32,000 nucleotides of DNA from Geotalea uraniireducens Rf4 (GCF_000016745.1 NC_009483.1:990001-1022000); one strand, 5' to 3'; positions 8,290 to 17,452 are shown, counted from the stretch's first letter. Notes: generated by a model not told the origin, from the letters alone. Translations and numbers: made by a program.

Positions 8290-9699
8290 TCACTCTGCGC
8301 AGCAGGAGAGTTTGCTGATGTCCCTGCTGAACCCCTGGGCACAGAGTCGCAAGCCTTCGCCGATTGATGGGTAGACATGCAAGGTATTTGCCAGATCCTC
8401 GACGGTGAGCTTGAAGCGGACGGCCATGGCTGCTTCGTTGATCAGATCCGCCCCGCGATGGCAGGAGAGATGGACGCCGAGCAGGCGGCCGGAGCCTGAA
8501 TCGGCAACCATCTTTATGGCGCCCCGGGTCTGGCCGGTGACGTGGGCTTTGGGGATGGCGGCGACCGGCATGGTGTTGACGACCACGGAAAAACCGGCTT
8601 TTTTTGCCCCTTCCTCGCTGTAGCCGACGGTGGCCACCTCCGGATCGGTAAAGATGGCCATGGGGATGGACGGGTAGTCCATGGTGCAGCCGCAGCCGGG
8701 GTTGAGCATGCTGTCTATGGCGACGATCCCTTCCCTGGCGCCGATGGTGGCGATCATCATCCCGCCGGCCACGTCGCCGGCCGCCCAGATGCCGGTGGCT
8801 GTGGTGCGCATCTGCTCGTCCACCCGGATGAAACCTTTGCCGTTCACCTCCACCCCGGCCTTTTCCAGGCCGATACCGGCGGAAGCAGGGGCAGTGCCGA
8901 CAGCCAGCAGCAGCTTCTCCGCGGCGAACTCTTCCCGCCGGCCGATCACCTCCGCTTCCACTACGGTTGTTTCCCCCCGCCTGGAAACGGAACAGATCGG
9001 GGCGTTGAGCACGATTTCCATCCCCTCGGCGACAAGTGCCTCTTGCAGTGCCAGGACGGGTTCCGCTTCCAGTGCCGGGAGGAGTCGCGGGCCATGTTCG
9101 AGCACGGTCACTCTGGTCCCGAGACGGAGGTACATCTGCCCCAGTTCCAGGGCGATCACCCCGCCGCCGATGATGACGAGCGATTCCGGCAGGGACTTCA
9201 TGAGCAGGGCGCTGCGGCTGGTCAGGTAGGGGGTTTCGTCCAAGCCGGGAATGGCAATGGTGCGCGGGAAACCGCCTGTGGCGATAAGAAACTTGTCTCC
9301 CCTGTAGACACGGTCTGAGACCTCCACCGCATCCGGGGCGACGAAACGGGCGGTCCCCTTCACCAGTTCCAGGCCCGGCGCGTTTTTGAGGACATCCAGG
9401 TACTTGGTTTGCCGCAGATGGTCGACTGCCGCATCTTTATGGGCAATGAGACGGGCAAAGTCAACGCCATGGTCTTCGATTTGCAAGCCGATGCTTGCCC
9501 CGAGGCGGGCCTCATGGCGGAACAGCGCGGCATGGATCAGTGTTTTGCTCGGTATGCATCCCCAGTTGATGCAGGTGCCTCCCAGGACGCTCTTTTCGAT
9601 CATCAGCACCCTGGCTCCCAGGGACTGGGCTCGCAGCGCGGCGGCAAAAGCGGTGGACCCGGAGCCGAGAATGACGATGTCGTGACGGTTATCATGCAT
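8290..9699 (-). CDS. MerA-like FAD-dependent pyridine nucleotide-disulfide oxidoreductase (core domain only)
   Basis: GSGS.A..AA dinucleotide fold, redox-active CINWGCIPSK pair, and a C-terminal vicinal cysteine pair (KLSCCAE) as in mercuric reductase. No N-terminal HMA domain. Confidence 0.75.
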   Translation of the reverse strand: MHDNRHDIVILGSGSTAFAAALRAQSLGARVLMIEKSVLGGTCINWGCIPSKTLIHAALFRHEARLGASIGLQIEDHGVDFARLIAHKDAAVDHLRQTKYLDVLKNAPGLELVKGTARFVAPDAVEVSDRVYRGDKFLIATGGFPRTIAIPGLDETPYLTSRSALLMKSLPESLVIIGGGVIALELGQMYLRLGTRVTVLEHGPRLLPALEAEPVLALQEALVAEGMEIVLNAPICSVSRRGETTVVEAEVIGRREEFAAEKLLLAVGTAPASAGIGLEKAGVEVNGKGFIRVDEQMRTTATGIWAAGDVAGGMMIATIGAREGIVAIDSMLNPGCGCTMDYPSIPMAIFTDPEVATVGYSEEGAKKAGFSVVVNTMPVAAIPKAHVTGQTRGAIKMVADSGSGRLLGVHLSCHRGADLINEAAMAVRFKLTVEDLANTLHVYPSIGEGLRLCAQGFSRDISKLSCCAE

Positions 9700-9797
9700 G
9701 GTTATTACCTCTGGGAATAGTTTACCCGCTAACGTCCCACAGGCAATATAAAAACAGCGTAACCGGGTGGAAAAACCAGTGTGTTATGAAGTAAGCC

Positions 9798-9996
9798 CAG
9801 TAGTGTCCGGTTATAAAATTGCACTGACTCTCCAAGCCGTAAAAACCAGCACGTTGCACCCTCCCCCAACCCCTCCCATCGAGGGAGGGGAGCTTTAAAG
9901 TCCCCTCGCCCCTTGTGGACCCAAATTGCGGGCCTAAAGGAGAGGGCTAGGGTGAGGGGGGAAGTGCGGACGCAGAAACTTAACCGGACAGTGCTG
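9798..9996. repeat. MITE/REP-like element with imperfect terminal inverted repeats and internal GC-rich hairpins
   Basis: CAGTAGTGTCCGGTTA (9798-9813) versus TAACCGGACAGTGCTG (9981-9996), 14/16 complementary. Internal CCCCTCCC-atcga-GGGAGGGG hairpin. Shares AACCCCTCCC and GGGYTAGGGKGAG with the element at 19285-19456. Confidence 0.5.
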
Positions 9997-10164
9997 AAGT
10001 AAACCAATTCGTGAAGTTTTTTATTTTACTAACCGCTGCTGGACGCCGATAAATACGGTTAAAAGCAAAAACCGATAATCGTGGGACAAAGACAAAACTG
10101 GATTTCCCGATACGTAGTGGTATTGTCTGTTCAATAATATCGGTGTAACGGGAGGGGGAGAGCT

Positions 10165-12204
10165 ATGGCAAAGGGGAGCCTGACGGAGCGCGAAGCGCGG
10201 TTGGGGGCGAATACTTTGCGGATGCTGGCGGTGGACGCGGTGGAACGGGCCAATTCCGGTCATCCCGGTCTGCCGATGGGGGGCGCCGATTATGCCTTTC
10301 TCCTCTGGCACAATTACCTGGTTTTCAATCCTGTTGATCCGCGTTGGCCGAACCGGGACCGCTTCATCCTCTCGGCGGGACACGGTTGCATGCTCCTTTA
10401 CGGCCTTCTCCACCTGTTCGGCTTCGCTCTTTCCCTCGACGATTTGAAAAACTTCCGCCAATGGGGGAGCCGCACGCCGGGGCACCCGGAGTACGGCCAC
10501 ACTCCTGGTGTTGAGGTGACCACAGGTCCGCTCGGGCAAGGATTTGCCGACGGGGTGGGGATGGCGCTGGCGGCACGGATGGCGGCTGAGCGTTTCAATG
10601 ACGCCATTTTCTCCCCCATTGACCACCATATCTACGCCATTGTCAGCGACGGCGACCTGATGGAAGGGATCAGCTCGGAGGCGGCATCGCTGGCCGGTCA
10701 CCTGAAGCTGGGGAACATCATTTATATCTACGACGACAACGGCATCACCATCGAGGGGAAAACGGAGCTGGCCTTTTCTGAGAATGCGGGGAAGCGTTTT
10801 GCTGCCTATGGCTGGCATGTGCAGCGGATCGACGGCCACGATTTCGACCAGATCGATACCGCCATCGGCGCGGCCCAGTCGGAGAAGGATCGGCCGTCGC
10901 TGATCATCGCCCGAACCCACATCGCCCAAGGGAGCCCGAACAAGCACGATTCGGCAGTGGCTCACGGCTCCCCCCTCGGCGCTGAAGAGGTTGCGGCGAC
11001 CCGCAGAAACCTTCACTGGCCTGAAGAGCTCTTTTACGTGCCCGCGGAGGTTCGGGCGCTTTGCGAGAAGCGCAAGGCGGATATGTTGAGCGTCCATAGA
11101 GAGTGGGAAAGAAACCTCGCCCTCTGGCGCAGGCGCAATCCCGACAAATCCCGCCTCTGGGATGAGATGTGGCAACGGAAGCTGCCGACGGACCTTGCCG
11201 ACAGCCTGCTTCAGGCGGTGGGCGGTGCGGAAGGGGCGACCCGTTCCCTGTCGGGAAGGATCATCCAGGAGGCCGCGGCTCTCGTGCCGGCGCTGGCAGG
11301 GGGCTCGGCCGATCTGGAGCCATCGACCAACACCGGCATCAAGGCGTCACAGTCGGTCTCGGCCGGTGCGTTTGGCGGCAGGAATATCCATTTCGGCGTC
11401 CGTGAACACGCCATGGCAGCCATGCTCAACGGCATGGCGCTCTACGGCTGTTTTGTCCCCTTCGGCGCAACCTTCCTCGTTTTCTCCGACTATTGCCGCC
11501 CGGCGATTCGTCTCTCCGCCCTGATGGGGGCCCAGGTGATCCATGTCTTTACACACGACTCCGTTTTACTGGGAGAGGACGGCCCCACCCATCAGCCGGT
11601 GGAGCATCTTTCCTCGCTGCGCCTGATTCCAAACCTCACCGTGATCCGCCCGGCCGACGGCGTCGAGACGGCCCTGGCCTGGACCGCCGCCCTGACCAGG
11701 AAAACCGGCCCAACCGCGCTGGTCTTGTCCCGGCAGAAGCTCCCGGTCCTGGCGAGAGAGGGGACGTTTGCTCCCACCCTTGTCCTCAGGGGGGGATATG
11801 TGCTGGTTTCCGGCGGTGACAAACCCGATGTGATAATCATGGCCAGCGGCTCCGAGGTGTCGCTGGCGGTTGCTGCCGGCAAACTCCTTGCCGAACAAGG
11901 CATCAATGCCAGGATTGTCTCCGTCCCTTGCCTGGAGGCATTCAGTGCCCAGCCGCAAACGTACCGGCGGTCGGTGCTCGGCGGCAGGGCGCCGCGAGTG
12001 GCCGTCGAAGCCGGGCCGGGCGCTCTCTGGTGGCGGCTGCTCGGTGCCGGCGGCCTGTTCATCGGTGTGGAAAGCTTCGGCGCCTCGGCCTCGGAGAAGG
12101 TGCTGGCGGAACAGTTCGGCCTGACGCCGCAGCAGGTTGCGGAGCGGATTGGCGAGTATGTGTCCCGGAAACAAAAAAGGAAAAACTTCTTGCGCACAAA
12201 GTGA
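10165..12204 (+). CDS. tkt: Transketolase
   Basis: 679 aa. N-terminal R.L..DAV..A.SGHPG.P.G motif, correct length, strong GGAGGGGGAG ribosome-binding region. Confidence 0.93.
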   Translation: MAKGSLTEREARLGANTLRMLAVDAVERANSGHPGLPMGGADYAFLLWHNYLVFNPVDPRWPNRDRFILSAGHGCMLLYGLLHLFGFALSLDDLKNFRQWGSRTPGHPEYGHTPGVEVTTGPLGQGFADGVGMALAARMAAERFNDAIFSPIDHHIYAIVSDGDLMEGISSEAASLAGHLKLGNIIYIYDDNGITIEGKTELAFSENAGKRFAAYGWHVQRIDGHDFDQIDTAIGAAQSEKDRPSLIIARTHIAQGSPNKHDSAVAHGSPLGAEEVAATRRNLHWPEELFYVPAEVRALCEKRKADMLSVHREWERNLALWRRRNPDKSRLWDEMWQRKLPTDLADSLLQAVGGAEGATRSLSGRIIQEAAALVPALAGGSADLEPSTNTGIKASQSVSAGAFGGRNIHFGVREHAMAAMLNGMALYGCFVPFGATFLVFSDYCRPAIRLSALMGAQVIHVFTHDSVLLGEDGPTHQPVEHLSSLRLIPNLTVIRPADGVETALAWTAALTRKTGPTALVLSRQKLPVLAREGTFAPTLVLRGGYVLVSGGDKPDVIIMASGSEVSLAVAAGKLLAEQGINARIVSVPCLEAFSAQPQTYRRSVLGGRAPRVAVEAGPGALWWRLLGAGGLFIGVESFGASASEKVLAEQFGLTPQQVAERIGEYVSRKQKRKNFLRTK

Positions 12205-12265
12205 GTGGGTGAGAGATGGTATCCAGTTTTAAATCTTCTCAAAGCCAGAGAGCGGGAGCCCAGCC

Positions 12266-12673
12266 TCAGTGAGCGCACTTCTCCTTGTGCCCGATGCTTT
12301 CGGCGATAAGAGTGAGTACAAGGGTGTTGAGGCTGACCCCTTCCTGTCTGGCCATGGCAACGAGCCGGGCGTGAAGGGTTTTGGGCAGGCGGGCAACGAA
12401 TTTGCCGGATGCTTCTATCAGTTCTACAGGCTTTGCAGTCGGTTTGGGGATCGGATTCCCCATGTCGATCGCTGCGGAAATCCAGGAGATAAAGGCGTCC
12501 CTCCCGTTGGCGAACGCTTCCTCGATGGTTTCCCCGTCTGACATGCAACCGGGGAGATCCGGAAACGTTATGAGGAAGCCGCCACCATCCTCCTTGGGGA
12601 GGGGGGAGATTTCGTGCATGTATTCTTCAAAAGCATAGGGAGGGGCAACGGTTTTGATTTTCTTTACATTCAT
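12266..12673 (-). CDS. hicB: HicB-family antitoxin
   Basis: FPDLPGC.S.G.T.EEA motif plus a C-terminal RHH-like segment (LP..LH..L...A..EGVSLN). 4-nt overlap with the upstream hicA-like gene. Confidence 0.8.
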   Translation of the reverse strand: MNVKKIKTVAPPYAFEEYMHEISPLPKEDGGGFLITFPDLPGCMSDGETIEEAFANGRDAFISWISAAIDMGNPIPKPTAKPVELIEASGKFVARLPKTLHARLVAMARQEGVSLNTLVLTLIAESIGHKEKCAH

Positions 12674-12924
12674 GGATTGATTCTCCTTACCTGATCGATC
12701 AGGGCGATGAATTGCCTGATATAGACCGGCTTTATCGGCCTGTGGGCCGGAATACTGATGGCCAGCTCAATGCCGGGAAACGAGAAAATGTGATGGCTGC
12801 CGCCATGGTTGCGAATCTCGATACCGTATTTGACCCCCACGGCAATCAAGGTTTCTATCCGCCAGTCACGGGGGTTATTGCGCATATGCTCAAGTTGTTT
12901 TTCCGCCGTGCTCATATTGAACAT
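12670..12924 (-). CDS. hicA: HicA-family toxin (start uncertain, 12915-12951)
   Basis: GGSHHIF and IP.HRPIKP.Y motifs of the HicA/YcfA family. Located upstream of and overlapping hicB. Confidence 0.7.
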   Translation of the reverse strand: MFNMSTAEKQLEHMRNNPRDWRIETLIAVGVKYGIEIRNHGGSHHIFSFPGIELAISIPAHRPIKPVYIRQFIALIDQVRRINP

Positions 12925-13240
12925 GATACTGAATGTAGTACTATATGTCAAGAGCAGGTTGAAGGCTGAAGGTTGAAGTCGAGGCCGATGCAGCAGGAGT
13001 GGGTGCTGAATGTCATGAGTCAGTGCGAGGAGCGGTAGGTTTCTGCCGTTAAAGTTTTTTACTGATTTATACGAGGCTGTACAAATATACTATGATGGAG
13101 GTTAGGAAGTGGCTGTAAGGGTGAGAAGAATAGATTGTGCAGACAATGGTATTGGATACTGTCGGTGTTGGACAGTGTGACACGGTTGAAAAGTCTTGAC
13201 AGGTAATTGCGTATGGTGTCCCCGGAATTCTCCCCGGAAT

Positions 13241-13465
13241 TCTCAGTATCCGTCTCAACTCCCGGATCTCTTCCGAAAGCATGTGGCATTCAGGAAGAAG
13301 GTTCACCCGCAACAGGTCAGCGATCATCTCGGCATCGGCACGGTCATTCTTCTTTTTCGCGGCGGTTATCGCCTTCAACATCTCGGGATGCGCCACTTTC
13401 AGGTCAACTGCATACGGTGTAAGAAAATCGTAAATCCAGCCGGTAAAAATGGTTGCCTCCATTGC
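13241..13465 (-). pseudogene. IS110-family transposase fragment (internal piece of the N-terminal domain)
   Basis: AMEATIFTGWIYDFL....V.L.V.HP..LKAI..AKKKNDR.DAE.IADLLR....PE......EIRELRR is the typical IS110 N-domain pattern. Both ends are missing. Confidence 0.65.
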
Positions 13466-13479
13466 CCCGATCCAGAGGA

Positions 13480-14545
13480 GGCTAGGGGGACGTAGTTGAT
13501 TTGTTGATTTGCTCTTCAACGCCACCCCATTTACCTGAATTCTGAGCTAGCAATGCGGCACCTCGGGATGCTCCCCTGCAAACTCCGGAACGGGTGATGC
13601 CCAATGCTTTTGCCACGGTTTCACCGCTGTAACCTATCCTGCGTGCGGCCAGATAGCAGATAATACTTTTTGCGTCAGATATCAGTGCTCCTCTCCGACG
13701 TTGCCCTAACGCTTCCGGCTCAACATCGGCCACCTCCGCGACGAGTGTTACTAACTGGGCCAGAGGCATTCGCAAATCCAGTCTTTCGGAAACTTCTTTT
13801 TCCTGTTTCAACTGCTCTACGAATTCGGCGCGGCCGAGTATTCGGTCATCGTATGCTGTGATCAGCTCACCGCCGACTAATTTCAGCACCCGCTTGAGGC
13901 CGCCACCCACAAGTTCCTCTCTCCGCCCCAACGTAATCCCGTCTGCAACGAACGACTGATATTTTTCCTGCGCCAATTTTTTCCGCTGTCCGAAATACCG
14001 CAGCACTTCTTCCACATTTTGTCCCGGCATTTCCCGTCGGCCCATCAAAACTGCATGACCACTCCATGGATATTCATTCAGCTCAACGGTGTCCTTGACG
14101 ATGCCGGCACGCAAAGGATTAAGGTGAATGTACCGAACCAGTTCGAGAAGATAAGGGTCTTCCTCGCAGATGATCGACTTGTAACGGTTCTGGAACAGAT
14201 GGCCACTACGGTGGTGGCGCAAATTGAATGTGACGGCATAGCCTGTCAACAGTCGCCGCATGAGGTGTCCAAGCTTTCCTTGCGTTGGACGCAAAAGCAT
14301 ATGGGCGTGGTTGGTTAAAAACGACCAGGCAAGGCATTCTGTTCCAGTTTGTATCAGCAGGCTGGAAAAGCGATCCAAAAATGATTGCCGGTCATCATCG
14401 TCCAGAAAAATATCTCGTCGTTCAACTCCTCTGACGATCACGTGCTGGAGGACTCCGGGTATGTCAAGGCGTGCGGCTCGTGGCATGATGTCCAATATAC
14501 ACGATCTTGATGCTAAGTCAACAAATCAACTACGTCCCCCTAGCC
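13480..14545 (-). mobile_element. RAYT-like (HUH-Y1) element bounded by perfect 28-bp inverted repeats
   Basis: 13480-13507 (GGCTAGGGGGACGTAGTTGATTTGTTGA) is the exact reverse complement of 14518-14545. A single ORF fills the interior. Confidence 0.8.
13482..14495 (-). CDS. IS200-like/REP-associated Y1 tyrosine transposase with a C-terminal DnaA-domain-IV-like HTH
   Basis: HUH motif in TNHAHMLL, catalytic Tyr context GHLFQNRYKS, and a C-terminal segment (ISDAKSIICYLAARRIGYSGETVAKALGITRSGV) resembling the DnaA C-terminal HTH. The stop codon lies inside the left inverted repeat. Confidence 0.75.
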   Translation of the reverse strand: MDIMPRAARLDIPGVLQHVIVRGVERRDIFLDDDDRQSFLDRFSSLLIQTGTECLAWSFLTNHAHMLLRPTQGKLGHLMRRLLTGYAVTFNLRHHRSGHLFQNRYKSIICEEDPYLLELVRYIHLNPLRAGIVKDTVELNEYPWSGHAVLMGRREMPGQNVEEVLRYFGQRKKLAQEKYQSFVADGITLGRREELVGGGLKRVLKLVGGELITAYDDRILGRAEFVEQLKQEKEVSERLDLRMPLAQLVTLVAEVADVEPEALGQRRRGALISDAKSIICYLAARRIGYSGETVAKALGITRSGVCRGASRGAALLAQNSGKWGGVEEQINKSTTSP

Positions 14546-14562
14546 CGCGTCCCCCTAGCCCG

Positions 14563-15213
14563 TCCAAGCCACTTGCGAAGAATCTCACGATCCATGGGAA
14601 TGTTACTCATCAGCCAGTTCTGGCAGATATTGTCGTAACACCCCGTGATATCCGCTTCTAATACCCATGGTGCTGAGTTCGGTTTGCTCAGTGCGTTGAA
14701 AGCTGCGGCGGTGGCGTCGGCGCACCTGCGGCCTTCCCGGAATCCATAGGAATTGCCGTCAGCCGTGGTTTCCGCCACCGGAGCCAGCGCCTGCTTGTAC
14801 AGCGCCTGCATGGCCCGATCCAGCATGGTGGGTATTGATAACGGTCGTTTCTTCCCGTTCTTCTTCGGGATGTAGATTCTTCTCAGTGGTTGCGGCTTAT
14901 AGCCACGTCGGCGCAGGCTGCATGCAGCGCGCCATCTGGCTTTGGCGGTTTTCCAGAGAATTCCGTCAACGCCAGGGGTTTTCTTGCCTTTATTCGAAGT
15001 CACTCGTTTTACTGCCAACAGCTTGGCGTGGAACGAGCGGGTCAGCAGGTGTTGCAGGGCTCTCACCCTGTTCCACCGGTTTTCCAGCACAGCCTTTGCG
15101 ATACGGATTTGCAGCCTCCTGACTTCGCGGCGGGCGGTCTTCCAATCAACCTTGCCCCATGTTCCGCTCTTGCCTCTGGGCGCACCGGCCGGAGCCGTCT
15201 TTTGCTTTCCCAT
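14563..15213 (-). pseudogene. Group II intron reverse transcriptase, C-terminally truncated
   Basis: TPGVDG, RRIYIPKKNGKKRPLSIPTMLDRAMQ and SYGFREGR motifs (RT domains 0-4). No RT5 (YADD), maturase or En domain. Confidence 0.8.
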
Positions 15214-15747
15214 CTACAGAGGTTCTCCAAATGATCTCGCAACGGAACACCAGTCGGACGTGGGCGCGCCATTTCGCCGAGGGGATGGAAGGATGTTCCC
15301 CGGTTTTAACGCGAGCCATGTTTCATGCTCTATCCACCCTGTTACCGGGCGGCATTTGCTTTTTCCGACCTCTTACTTTCGCCCCTCCATCTGTCTGCCT
15401 TGCGGTCGGCTTGCCATGTATCGCGTTCATGGCGGAGTGACGACTTTTCCACGTTCCGCGTGATTATCTTAACGGACAACTTAGGTGCGGTCTGAACGCC
15501 GGTGGCTCAACAATCCCGTGCAGTGACGTTAATGCACTGCAACCTGGCCACGCATGTTTACGCTGGGAAACATGCATATCCCCTGATAACTCCCGTAGGG
15601 TAGAAGCCCATCTGACGGCGCGTCAACGACCATTCACTTAATTTCACCATATTGTCCTGCCCTAGCCCTTAACCGGATGGAGTTTCCGGAGGGGTTCTCC
15701 TGTCGCCATTCAAACCCGATTCGGTACATTGTCAGCGGGCTTCGCAC
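14563..15747 (-). mobile_element. Group II intron, 5' fragment (ribozyme domains I-IVa plus the N-terminal part of the RT ORF)
   Basis: The minus strand reads GTGCGAAGCCCGC from 15747, about 534 nt upstream of the RT start, the expected spacing. The RT ORF breaks off before the YADD motif at the junction with the RAYT-like element. Confidence 0.7.
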
Positions 15748-15973
15748 CAAGTACACAGCGCGTACCCAGCACGCCGCCTAGGGCGCTGAAGGGGATACTT
15801 CAGGTGCTTGATAGATAAAACAATAACAATATCAAGTACATATAATCACGCGACATCGTGTCGCGAATAACGGTTCGGGAGATCACCTGACAGCTTCTTG
15901 GTCAGGTGCATCTTCCTTGTTGGGTTGTTGACCCTCATCTTCCCTTCGCATGCTCTTCCTCCCGGGTCCGTTT

Positions 15974-16744
15974 TTATTTTTTTGTTACGGAATAAAAATC
16001 AATGCCCGCACTGGTAAGTACTACCAATTGGTTATTATGGAACTCAAGCCTCCTGTCCCATGAGGTAGTCGGAAGACCGATAGTGGTAATTTCATCAATT
16101 ATTGTTTTGTTTACGGCGTCGTAAACAACTATCTTCTTGTCAAACATATTGCTGACCCAGACCTCTCCGTTATGATATGCAATGCCGGTATCTCTGTCTC
16201 CTCTGCTTAAGAAGTGGGTTCTCTGGCCGTTGCTTGGGTTGATGGTATCTATTTCTCCTGTTCCTGACGAAATCCATAGATTGGTTCCATCCCAAGACAG
16301 ATCTGTTGGTCCAAGTATTGAAGTAGAAGACATATTTCTAATAATTTGCCCTGTCGAGGGATCAACTTGAACAAGTTTATTGTTGTTCCCTGCAACCGAA
16401 ATCCAGATCGACGCGCCATCCCAGGTAATGCCATAAACCCCTGTTCCTAAAACCTCAATCAGGTTTTGATAAACATAGTAAGCAAGGGATGCTCCCGTGT
16501 TGGGATTGAAGCAGGTAAGGCTGTGAGAAGAACCATTATGAACACCAGACATGATCCATATATTGTCATTGTTGTCGAATGCAAACCCAACTGGATTTCC
16601 CACCGGCACAGCAATACTTCGTTGGGCGGTAACTGCATAAACGGCATCGGTACTGCTTCCACCTGTTCCGCTGCCCCCACCACAAGATGCTAGCAATAAC
16701 GTCAGCAATGAAAAAAATAACGACTTGATAATCTTAGATGACAT
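15974..16744 (-). CDS. Lipoprotein, predicted beta-propeller (glutaminyl-cyclase/NHL-like repeats)
   Basis: Signal peptide with lipobox (LLLASCGGGSG). Recurring G.(T/S)WDG..(I/L)WIS blades. AAGGAG RBS. Composition is visibly AT-richer than all neighbours. Confidence 0.7.
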   Translation of the reverse strand: MSSKIIKSLFFSLLTLLLASCGGGSGTGGSSTDAVYAVTAQRSIAVPVGNPVGFAFDNNDNIWIMSGVHNGSSHSLTCFNPNTGASLAYYVYQNLIEVLGTGVYGITWDGASIWISVAGNNNKLVQVDPSTGQIIRNMSSTSILGPTDLSWDGTNLWISSGTGEIDTINPSNGQRTHFLSRGDRDTGIAYHNGEVWVSNMFDKKIVVYDAVNKTIIDEITTIGLPTTSWDRRLEFHNNQLVVLTSAGIDFYSVTKK

Positions 16745-16966
16745 ACTTCTTCCACTCCTTTTTATTTTATTCCGTCAATTTCATATTTTCATTCGTCCAA
16801 CGGTTCGCGCAGTTGACCCGTTCGGGCAGCCTTTCCGCCCGACCGGTGTCCAACTGCCTGGTTGTAACCTTTTGCTTTCTCTCGTTTTTACATTTGTCTT
16901 AAAGTACTTCCCTGTTTTTTTCTCTTCTCATAAAGCAATAAAGCAGGTACGTCCCCCTAGGTTTTC

Positions 16967-17452
16967 TCAACCGCGGCGCGCAGCCTCGATTGCGGCGATG
17001 TCGATCTTTCTCATCTGCATCATCGCATCGAACGCACGCTTGGCGGCAGCGGGATCGGGATCGGTTATCGCTTTCGTCAGCGCCACCGGCGTGATTTGCC
17101 AGGAGAGGCCCCATTTGTCCTTGCACCAGCCGCACGCACTTTCTTGGCCGCCGTTGCCGACGATTGCGTTCCAGTATCGATCGGTTTCGGCCTGGTCGGC
17201 GGTTGCGACCTGAAACGAGAATGCTTCGTTGTGCTTGAACGCTGGTCCGCCATTGAGCCCGAGGCAAGGAATTCCCATCACGGTAAACTCGACCGTCAAC
17301 ACATCACCTTTCTTCCCGGACGGATAGTCTCCCGGTGCGAGGTGCACCGCGTTGACGGATGAATCGGGAAAGGTCTTGGCGTAAAAGCGCGCCGCGTCCT
17401 CGGCGTCGCCATCGTACCAAAGGCAAATCGTGTTCTTTGCTGGCTTGGTCAT
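16967..17452 (-). CDS. VOC-superfamily protein, PhnB/3-demethylubiquinone-9 3-methyltransferase-like domain
   Basis: CLWYDG.AE.AA.FY...F..S and CGWCKDK.GLSWQI motifs typical of this family. AAGGAG RBS. Confidence 0.7.
   Translation of the reverse strand: MTKPAKNTICLWYDGDAEDAARFYAKTFPDSSVNAVHLAPGDYPSGKKGDVLTVEFTVMGIPCLGLNGGPAFKHNEAFSFQVATADQAETDRYWNAIVGNGGQESACGWCKDKWGLSWQITPVALTKAITDPDPAAAKRAFDAMMQMRKIDIAAIEAARRG

Noticed and set aside
8405-9720. Plus-strand ORFs overlapping the MerA-like gene (8542..9318, 8681..9229 and others)
   Set aside because: Shadow ORFs opposite a well-supported flavoprotein gene. Products are compositionally biased.
9729-10007. 92-aa minus-strand ORF (…PLPRWEGLGEG…)
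   Set aside because: It lies entirely within the MITE/REP-like element. The peptide reflects GC-rich hairpin arms.
10021-12548. Large antisense or alternative-frame ORFs over transketolase (10021..11175, 11566..12174, 11592..12548)
   Set aside because: These are typical high-GC shadow ORFs with low-complexity Arg/Pro/Gly-rich products, no RBS and no family resemblance. The transketolase frame explains the region.
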